From NCBI GenBank assembly GCA_023213395.1, contig CM041465.1:112909741-112973740 (forward strand): 64,000 nucleotides of DNA. The letters run 5' to 3'. Below the pieces are notes generated by a model, which saw only the letters and a list, made by a program, of their open reading frames with translations, ran no database searches and was not told the origin of the DNA. This DNA is from Cycas panzhihuaensis. Taxonomy: Eukaryota; Plantae; Cycadophyta. Made by a program: the position numbers and the translations under genes. Each line of letters begins with the position of its first letter. The first letter of the stretch is position 1. This document shows, in pieces, positions 54,523-64,000 of the stretch.

Positions 54523-57500
54523 CATCCTAACCTTGGGGGCATGGAAAGAGAAACCCTCTTCCAATTTATGGGGTGGATTCACTACACCCTTATGGAGTCA
54601 CACCTCTTAGAGATGATACATATGGGGAAAACCCCATTTCTCATCCACTCCCTTTATATTCTTGGTCTACTCCATAAATGATGCCTTCACAAGGAGGATC
54701 TAGCCCTCCTCAAGGCTTGTACTATCATATGCCCTCATAATAAAGGAGATACCCTCAAGGTAGAGTAGGCATGTCTCACCAACTTCCCTCCTATCGAACC
54801 TTCTCTTAAATGGGAATGGCTCCTTCTCACCAACTAGATGGGAACCCATATCCCTCATATGCTCAAACCCCTCAAGGAGGACCTAGGTATCTGTATCTGA
54901 TGCCTCATTTATCTCTCATCCACCTTTTAACTCAACCTAGGGTTTATCTCTTCGTTGATTGTAGGTCAACCCCATTATCTATTAAGGCACTTAGAACTAA
55001 CCTAATACCTCAACCTTCTGAGATATCTAAATTTGATGGTACCTCGTTGAAAGACCCAACTAAACATATTAGGAATTTCTCCATGGCATGTATCAACTAT
55101 TAGGCTTATGACCATATACTAATGAAATTATTTCCTCATTCTTTACATGGAGATGACCTTAAATGGTTTTATCATCTCCCTGCCTATTCAATCCACTAAT
55201 TCCAATAACTTGTAGATGAGTTCATCAGCTACCTTGATATAGCTCATCCTTTCAAGAGTGGGATCAAGGACTCACTCTCCCTTAACTAAGGTCATGATGA
55301 AATGAATCATGACTTTGTGAGGTATTTTTATAACCTCCTCCATTCCACAAAGTCCATGTTGTGTAAGGAATTAAAGAGGGACATTTTTTTAAATGCCCCT
55401 CATCTTAAAGTCCATATTGAAGTCCTCAAAATAGGGGCAATGACATGTAAGTCTGCCATAGAAAAATGCTTAGTGCTTGAGGCTATTAAGATCCAAGTGG
55501 GTCTCAAAAAGCCTCTTAGGTCATTGCAATGATGTGAGGCACCCCCTCCATCATGCGACCAATAACCCCAACAACCTCCAAGGCCTCCTACCATACAACA
55601 AAGAATACCTTAGATCCCTTAACTTCTACCATACATTCATTTAAGCATACAATAAGGGAGCTAAATCTCTAACCCTCTCAACCACCTTCTAATTCTCATA
55701 GGCCTATCTATCAGGCATTCTAAGTTGCACTATGTAAAGGCAAAAGCACCCAAACTTTTCAAGTAAGGAGGGTAAAACCCTTCCTTGAGAAGAAATGGTA
55801 CTCTGTCCATGGTGAGTGCCTCCACAAATATTCATAGTATTGTGTGCAACACCCCGATCTTACCCCACTATGTGATTCTTTACTTAAACAAGCGTTTAGG
55901 CCTAACCTAGATCAACTTGTTCACTGTGATCCCTTCCTTAAACATAGGGAATAGGACTAGTCCACTCAAGATAGAGGGATAAGAAATAGGGGATGATCTC
56001 CCAACCCCAGTACTAAGCAAACAAAGGGAAAGGAAGTAAGAGGTCCATCTTTTGCTCCTAGTTCTTGTCCCCAATCTCCTTCTTCTGAACCCTAAAACAA
56101 GGGGAAGAGAGTTATCCAGATGCTTGAGACCACCTTTTTATGCTTGGTCATAAGGTCTCAAGTGGATAAGGAGGTCGTGAAGGCCTCTACCACTTTTCCT
56201 ACAGATAATCCATCCTTTGAGATCCCTATGGTCCCAAAGACCATTCCCATCCACCTTGGGAATTATGACTTCCAAAGGGCACTTCCCTAACCTACTAAGA
56301 AGTGGAAATCCTTCTCTATAGTTGATGAACTCCATACCATGGTTGCAAGAATGTCCATGATGGATATCTTATAGAGTTGCCTAAAGCAATATACCCTTCT
56401 TTTTAAGGATTTGGGTCAAATTTATGTCCCTATCTATGCTTTGGGTGCTACCCCAAACCAAGAGCCCCTCATTATTTTTGACCTTAAAGATCTCCCAGGT
56501 GCGAGGGAAAGGAAGTGTTAATGGCACTGCCCCTTCACAATTTCCATCAACACTCCCAAATATATGCTTAGAGGGAGGGTTATAGATAATGATTCTTCAT
56601 TAATATTATGCTCTTACACATAATGCAAGAGTTAGCTATAACAACCCTTGAACCAGTTCCATGGTGATGTCAAGGCTATGATGGTACTGAGAAGACACCC
56701 TTAGGATCAGTTTCCATCCCTCTCACCCTTGAGGATAAAAGTGTCCTCATTAATATAGTAATTCTTGATGTTGACATAGACTATAACCTTTTATTAGGGT
56801 ACCTATGGCTAGATCAAATGGGAGTTGTGTGTTCATCCCACTGGGGCCAATTTAAATTCATCCACAAAGGATGAATGAAAGTTGTCTTCTAAGAACCACC
56901 CCTTATCTGATCATCTTATCAACCATGTTAGGTGGCTCGTGAGCTAGCTAAGGGTAACAAGGATCTATCTGCCCACTCTACTAGTTGCTTGATTGATGTC
57001 CCCAATACTCTTAAAGTAGAGGAAGAACCTCTACCTTCCTCTTCAAACCTCATCCATTTCACCCTCATTGGTGTTGGAAGTTATGGGTATCTCACTGTCA
57101 TAAGTGACCGTGAGTCTGATGATGAATATGAGGAACCTCCTCATCCCATATCTCTCCTTAACATCCATAGGAGGCATCCCTCTTATCTTCTTTTCAATCT
57201 TGAGCCCTAGCCTAGGGCTCCTCTAGCAGATCATGATGCTCCCATTGCATCCTAAGAGCGATGAATGGTTGCTCCTATTACATGTGTGAGCTCCTACCCC
57301 ATCTCATTTTTATCCACTCCCTAAATTTCATCATCCTCCATAGATGACAAAGATGGGGAGCTTCCCTTTTCATGTGATGACTCTATAGTTTATGACCTAG
57401 GTTATAACCAACTTTTCCTTTCATGTAATAGGGCATACTGACATAAGAGGACACCTTCCAATTCCTCCAAGGAGTCCCCTGATTATGTGGAATGGTGGAT

Positions 57501-60500
57501 TGATTGTTATGGACCTATTACTCTTCCCCTGCCTTGTCCCTCATCCTCATCAAGTAAGATTATCCTTGGGATAGATTACTTTGAGAACAACAAGGCTCTA
57601 TTAGAGCATTTAGCAGGCTCCATGCCCAACCTCCCTTCCATACATCATAGGCTTGGTTTTTAGAAGTGTTTAGCCTTATGATCACCTCTAGCCAACCCAA
57701 ACCAACTTGACATTCCTCCACTCTCTTTGGTTAACCAAGCTCCCCTTCACTTTGAGGAAGGGAATGTCATGTACATAGGGATAACTAAGGACATCATCCT
57801 TACCCTTGATAAAGTCATCAAGGTTAGAGTAGAGTGTAACCCTACTAAAATGTTGGAATACACCCTTTTTCTTAAGAGTTTCATGACATCTTTGCATGGG
57901 ACTACTCAGATATGAAGGGAATAGACTGCTCCATTATTACTTATAACCTTACAACCTTTCTAGAAACTCACCCCATGCAGTGAAAATAATACCCTCTTCA
58001 TCCTAAACTCTCTACTACTATAAATATGGAAGTACAGAAGCTCCTAGATGTGAGGCTAATTACTTCTATTGATTACCTTAAATGGGTATCCAACATCGTT
58101 TCAATCGCTAAGAAAAATAGGATGATTCAAATATGTGTCAATTTTTGGGATATAAATAATGCATGTCATAATGATAACTTCCTCTTACTATTTATTGATT
58201 AAATCATTGATTGGATGATAGGCTTTGAAGTCATGTCCTTAATGGATGGCTTCTCCAAATATAACCAGATCCAAATATCCCCTAAAGACCATCACAAGAT
58301 GGCTTTCACTACCTCATAGGGCACATTTGATTACAAGGCAATGCCCTTCAGCTTAAAGAATGCAGGTGCTACTTATCAAAGGGCAATGTAATTTGTCTTC
58401 TATGACCTCATAAATAAAACTCTTAAGGTCTTCATGGACAATATGATGGGCCTCTCCCACAAGAGGACCAACCACCCTATAAACTTACATGTTATTTTCA
58501 TGGGGCGTCATAAATATTATATTAGCCTAAACCCGCTCAAATGCATGTTTTCTGTGACCACCAGTAAACTCTTGGGTTTCCTTGTCTCTAAATAAAGGAT
58601 CCAAATTGACCCCGACAAGGTCAAAGATGTCCTTGATATGCCTTCTCCAAAAATTTAATGTTAGATTAAGTCATTTTTGGGTAGGTTGGGCTTCTTAAGG
58701 TGTTTCCTAGCAGACTTTACCATAAACGCCAAACCCCTAATTAACCTTTTGAATAAGGGGGCCTTATTTGTATGGTCCACTAAAGCCTAGGAGGCATTCC
58801 AAGAGCTTAAAAGAGCCTAGGTCTCCACCCTATCTTGGCGTCCCCTCTCTTTGACTATCCATTCATCCTATATACCTCAGCCACTAATGAGTCCTTGGGA
58901 GCTATGTTAGCCCAAGAGGATGATTATGGGACTAAGAGAGCCATATATCTCATCAATCATACATTAGTCAAATCCAAGGTAAACTACCCTCCTATTGAAA
59001 AGGAATGTCTAGCCTTGGTCCATGTAGCCAAGAAGTTTAGGCATTACCTCTTAGGAAATACCACCCATGTGATTGTCCAATCTAATATATTGAGATATCT
59101 CTTAACCCAGTCTAACTTGACTAGGAGGATGGGCAAATGGGCCATCATCCTCCAAGAATACAATCTCAAGATTATTAATAGGAAATCTAAGAAGGGAATG
59201 GTGGTTGCTAAGCAACTGGTTAATGCCCCCATCTTGAATCCCTCAAACCTTCTGGTTAATAATTCATTACCTAATGAGCCCATCCTAGTCCTCTAGGATT
59301 CATCCCTCCATCCACTAGTTAATAGCAAATGGTATAAGGATATTATACAATACCTTACCCAATAATAATATCCTCATAATTCTAGCAATAAAGTAAAGTC
59401 ACACATTAGAGCTACTGTAAGGTAATACTTCCTCATACAGGAGGTGTTGTATAAGAGATCCTTCAATGGAGCCCTCCTCTATTATATCAATCTTGATGAA
59501 GTAAATAAAATCCTCCATGAGTGTCATAGTGGAATTTGTAGAGGCCATTCTAGGGGCTAATCCATGGCCCAAAGGATCCTTGAAATGGGTTACTATTGGT
59601 AGTCTCTTATCAAGGATACCCACACCTATGCATAATGTTACCACAAGTTCCAAGAGCATGCTAATGTGATCCACTCACCTTTCGAGGCCCTACATCCTAT
59701 CATCTCCCCATGGCCTTTTTCCCAATGGAGATTAGACCTCATCAGAGCCATCACTCCACCTTCATCATTGTAATATAAATTTATCCTAACCGCAATAGAA
59801 TACTTTACCAAATGGGCTGAAGCAATCCCATTAACCTCTACTACTAGTAAGATAATTATCACTTTTATTTACCTATATATTATCTATCAATTCAGAGTCC
59901 TAGACATCTTAATCATAGACAATGGCATACCTTTTCATAATAAAGAGATGGACAAACTTTGTGAGAAATTCAAGATATCTCACAAGACTTCATCTCCCTA
60001 CTACCCCCAAGCCAATGTCCAAATTGAATCATGTAATAAAACTCTTATTAATATTTTAAAGAAGATAGTTGCCCAATCCCAAAAATATTAGCACCTTTAG
60101 CTTCATTCTGCCATGTGGGCATATCATACTTCTATTCACACTGCAATAGGGATGAACCTATTCTCTCTTATATACAAGACCAAAGCAGTTCTCCCCCTAG
60201 AAATTGAGATCCCCTCTTTGAGAGTTTTCCTTAAGGGTCTAGTTGATGAGGAGTCGTACTGCCAGGCTTGCCTCTTAAACCTTGAAGCCCTAAATGAGAA
60301 ATGCTTGGCAGCATACCAAGCAAATCTCATGTCTAAGCCAAAGGCATGAAGGATATATGATAAATGTCTATGTCCTCACTCTCTAAACCTTGGGAAACAA
60401 GTCCTCAAACTAGAGTACCTCCATGATTGCCTATCTAAATTTAGCCCTAAATGGGTGGGTCCCTTCATTGTTCTTAAGATCCTTGACAATGATGTGTATA

Positions 60501-61274
60501 GAATAGTGTAAATGGTAAGTTCCTAAAGAAATCCTATGTGTAATCCCTTCTGCATATGAGTAGAATAGACACTTTTTCTTCCCTCCAAAATGAACCCAAA
60601 CTACCTCTTACATGCTTCGTTATACCTTCACATTAGTGGAATGATGCATGTTTAGATCTTGGGCCACTTCGTATGTTGATAAGAAAGCTATTCCCCTTTT
60701 CAAAGGAGCTACCTACCCCTCACTTCAACCATAAAGCACCTCCTTTTATTTGAATATTAGAATTTATTCATTTATATCAATTTGATGCCACTTGTGTGGT
60801 TAGGGTTCCATCCAAGGATGTGACTTAGTTTTGCTTATGAGTGTAAGTTACTACTTGGAAAAGCCCTTGGGGATAATCTATATCCCCCTCTTTTATTGAT
60901 CCTTGGGGTATCTGTACCTACCTTATTACTTTCTTATTAGGGTCTCCATGTCCCATCTGAGGGACATGCATGATCACTTGGCCCTAGTCTTATGTGAAGC
61001 CACCTTCACAAAGGGCAATCATGTGTTCTTAGTGTGAGTGCATGCTACATAAAAGAAAGCATCCCAACTATAAGCATCCATATGCACAACATAATCTAAA
61101 TCAATCTATTCTATGATCTCTATATCCATACATCCATAATCAACAAAATAAGTGAAATATATTAAAATAGGGTACCAATGTAGCCCCTATATATATACAA
61201 AATAAATAATGATACAAAGAGTTGGCACCATGTGCTTAAGGAATCTACAATCCTTGCAGGAGGTAAGTATAATT

Positions 61275-62373
61275 ATACATCCATGTATGAAAAGGAATAC
61301 CCTAGAGGTTCGAAGCTTTCCTCTATCAAAATCTATGGTACAATGGATATATGAGACTGCCATACCCTCTTGGGGTATCCTCTCCTAGCCCATCTGCTCC
61401 CTCGCCTAGGGATCACATACCTCCTAGACTCCTCCTCCTCCTTTACTACAAGGTTCCAACCTTACTCTACTCGTCCCTCACCCTCCTCCTTATCTCCTAA
61501 CTCCTCTCTAGGGGTGTCAATTACCTTGCCTTCCTCCTCATAACTCCCTTAGTAGATGGAGTGGTATGGGTCACTGATATAATTGCCTACTATGAGGAGA
61601 TCTAGAGATGTCATTGCCACCAACTGCTTAACATATGATGGATCCCCTGCACTTCTAAACTAAGTTTTCCATTTGTGCACCATTAGAGCATAAGTTGATA
61701 TGGGCTAAGGACCTATCATTAGAGCCACTCCATGGAATTGGTCAAAGAACTAGAACTAAAGAAGGATGCATAATGATAGTCTTCTTCATCCAACTCTCCT
61801 AATCTAATTGTGTTGGGTAGTAAGATTGGCCACTATTAGAGTGGCCTAGTTGAATTGCTCCCCCTGCTTGCACCTCTATACTATCTCCATCCATTCTCTT
61901 AGGATATCTCTATAATTTTATTTATGGGAGATCCAGAACATAATGGTAAATACAATCACCTTCCTCACGTGAGAAATCTTAGACAGAATAATCATCATCA
62001 AGGGTATCCCCCTTTGGCCCTAATGACCCTAACCAGTGAAAAATCTAGCTACCTCATGATGAGCAACATCCATACTAGGAAGGGTACCCAATGCTATTAG
62101 TGCACCCTTATCTGGTACCCCAAAGATCCTCCTGACATCTTTAGGAGTCACAGTGACATCCCCTACCTGAGGGAAATTGAATACATGGCAACTACAATCC
62201 TAATGGGAGATAACATCCACTAGGAGAGCCTAATCTAATACATACTAAAGTGTTTGAATGATCTTCTCTAGCTTACATCATAGTAGAATAGCCCTCTCTA
62301 GCCTCTCTAGAAGATCTATAAAATTGACCTTCACTCTACCAACATTCTTATAGTTGTCAATCATGATAATAAC
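61275..62373 (-). pseudogene. Antisense extra ORF, main exon: plant mobile domain (PMD, aminotransferase-like) protein with acidic C-terminus
   Basis: D*ALLVDVISH*DCSCHVFNFPQVGDVTVTPKDVRRIFGVPDKG matches the PMD signature DxxLIxALVERWxxETHTFHLPxGExTITLEDVxxLLGLPIxG; also FN*ATLIVANL and ILL*F*FFDQF; preceded by acceptor TTTTTGCAG. Confidence 0.8.
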
Positions 62374-62858
62374 CTGCAAAAATAATAAAGACTCAACATC
62401 AGTTAGCTAGTCTCCACTCTACTAACTAGAGATTCTCTCAAATCACTAAAAGCAAGAAAAACTACCCATAAATCAATAAAATTTCTAAGTTCTTCTTTTT
62501 TCTAGTTATTAGACATGGTACCATTAATATATTTGTAGTACTATGAATATCTTAGTAGGCCTCGTGGGCCCACCTCCACCCCATGAGGAAGTTCATGGCA
62601 CTATGAATAAGTTTATGGTCCCATGGCTTTCCCTAGCAAAAATTAAAAAAAAAAGCAAGAAAAATAAAATAAAAAATTATTTTTGTGGACTTTGGCTAGT
62701 CCACTAGGACCAAGGCTTCTTAATGCCCTAGTCTAGCCCCTCCAAGGTCCTCAAATAGGTCCTACAGGCCTAATTTGTCCATTAAAATCCTAAAAATATA
62801 ATAAAAGGCATTAATGATTAAAATCATAAATGAAGGGCTAAGGCATAAATCGACATAC
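62374..62858 (-). other. Putative 485-nt GT-AG intron of the PMD gene
   Basis: Donor CTA|GTATGT and acceptor TTATTATTTTTGCAG|GTT; splicing joins EWREFSSLGVRDGDSPDL in frame to VIIMIDNY. Confidence 0.55.
62518..62626. repeat. Phased 20-bp palindromic unit array in the PMD intron
   Basis: GTACCATTAATATATTTGTA / GTACTATGAATATCTTAGTA / (degenerate 20-mer) / ACCCCATGAGGAAGTTCATG / GCACTATGAATAAGTTTATG / GTCCCATGG. Confidence 0.7.
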
Positions 62859-63040
62859 TAGATCAGGGCTATCACCATCTCTCACTCCTAGACTTGAGAA
62901 CTCTCTCCATTCAATGATCTAATGGTCAAATCTCCTTCATTGAGCATGTAATAGGGAGATGAAGTTGGGTGCTAAACATGAAAAGCTTCTAAATCGTACA
63001 TGGATGCGTGAAAATGAATTTTATTTTCACCTCTCAACCC

Positions 63041-63050
63041 CCTTTTATAT
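63041..63050 (-). promoter_or_regulatory. Putative TATA box of the antisense PMD gene
   Basis: rc ATATAAAAGG about 185 nt upstream of the putative donor site. Confidence 0.45.
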
Positions 63051-63600
63051 GTGAAGCCTATTGGGGCACTTAACCCTCTTTCCACCATGGAAAAGCCACT
63101 AGGACCATCTCTTCCAACTTATCTCTAATTCCTTTAGGGCCTAGGCCTAGTTCTGCTCATAAATACACCTTTCTTTCACTCTTTTGTGAATTCATGATGT
63201 CCTTTTGGCTCTACATGAGCCCTTTTTTTCCTCTTTTCTAGTTGCCCAAAATAGTACTAGTGTTTATACTCCACAAGTTACTTTTGACACACTAGCCCCA
63301 TTTTTATGATCATTTTAGCTCATTAGGGCTCTTGATGAGAGTTTCCCCCTTACTTTAGCCTCCTTGTTGGTCCTGTACCAACTTTGCGACCTTGTAGTTG
63401 GCCTAATTCCCTTATGACTCTTCTTCTTCCATAAGGTGAGCCCTCTACTAGCCTAGTAGCCTACTTGTAGGGCTATTCTATCTGCTTATAGAACCCCTTT
63501 TGAGTTGTCGTAAGTAGTTAAGACTTGCCTCTCTATCTTTCTTTTACTCTACACACTCCCTATCTACTCTTTTTATGAGTCCTATCTCTCATCCTATGCC

Positions 63601-64000
63601 ATTTCTCTCCTTATTTATACTGATGGTGGTAGTTGTGGCAACCTGAGACCCTTTGCAGTTGCTTGGATAATCTATGATCCTTCTAGATATGACCTCATAC
63701 ATTTCAGGATATACCTACCCAAGGCCACGAACAATGAAGTGGAGTACATTACCATTATAGAGGGCCTCATCGATGTACTTCACTTCTACCATGGCCCTAT
63801 TGTTATATTCTATGACTCTTAAATTATAGTATCACAATTGACTCAGGTCTATCGAGTCCTTTGCCCTTAATTGAGGTCCCTCACCTTAACCACTGGGTTA
63901 CTCTTGTCTTCCTTTCCTATGGTAGACATTTGGCATATCTCTCACCATCAAAATGCTGAAGCAGATAGCCTAGTTTGCCTCATTATTGAGTGTCATCTTC
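63601..64000 (+). pseudogene. Archaeal-type RNase H (aRH; RNase HI-like/RVT_3) downstream of integrase
   Basis: LLIYTDGGSCGN..AVAWIIYDP..ATNNEVEYITIIEGL..IVIFYDS*IIVSQL..WHISHHQNAEADSL; all four catalytic acidic residues present; two in-frame stops; start not defined. Confidence 0.9.

Larger units (their letters stand above)
50603..60510 (+). pseudogene. Tat-2 gag-pol, interrupted by a solo LTR at 51305-54522
   Basis: Pro-rich gag N-terminus in frame across the insertion; gag core ISKFDGT..DPTKHI..LFPHSLHGDDLKWF; protease VIDNDSS near 56580; RT MDGFSKYNQI, MPFSLKNAGATYQR, FMDN; RH ORF 58835-59296; integrase EYFTKWAEAIP, DNGIPF, KWVGPF; start codon tentative. Confidence 0.9.
47138..64000 (+). 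mobile_element. Large Tat-type Ty3/Gypsy element (Tat-2), order gag-PR-RT-RH-INT-[antisense PMD]-aRH; continues beyond the window
   Basis: 5' LTR 47138-50342; Ogre/Tat-type PBS at 50344; domains as listed; predicted TSD CCCCT at 47133-47137. Confidence 0.9.

Noticed and set aside
60510-62373. env-like gene after integrase
   Set aside because: No sense-strand ORF or transmembrane pattern recognised; the coding signal is antisense and PMD-like
62518-62626. CRISPR-like array
   Set aside because: Units are contiguous with no unique spacers, there are no cas genes, and the context is a plant retroelement

Overview
No host gene is recognisable. The whole 64 kb is an AT-rich plant heterochromatic nest of degenerate LTR retrotransposons. 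Most in-frame stops fit C>T/G>A decay, and the Tat architecture suggests a gymnosperm (inference). Reconstructed from LTR pairs, TSDs, PBS/PPT and translated motifs: four Copia elements, one Copia solo LTR, two chromodomain Gypsy (Reina-like) elements, and three pieces of one large Tat-type Gypsy family with 3.2-3.8 kb LTRs. The Tat pieces are a deleted minus-strand copy (17226-25418), a plus-strand copy running off the window (47138->64000) and an inverted solo LTR inside that copy's gag. One old minus-strand Copia is split into five coding pieces by later insertions. The most interesting part is the Tat 3' region. It holds an antisense plant-mobile-domain (PMD) gene with a putative intron and its own TATA box, head-to-head with a stand-alone archaeal-type RNase H placed after integrase. 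A phased array of palindromic 20-bp motifs occurs both in that intron and in all three LTR copies, which makes this a candidate element-encoded regulatory or anti-silencing module. All coding regions are pseudogenised. Coordinates and similarities were determined by eye.
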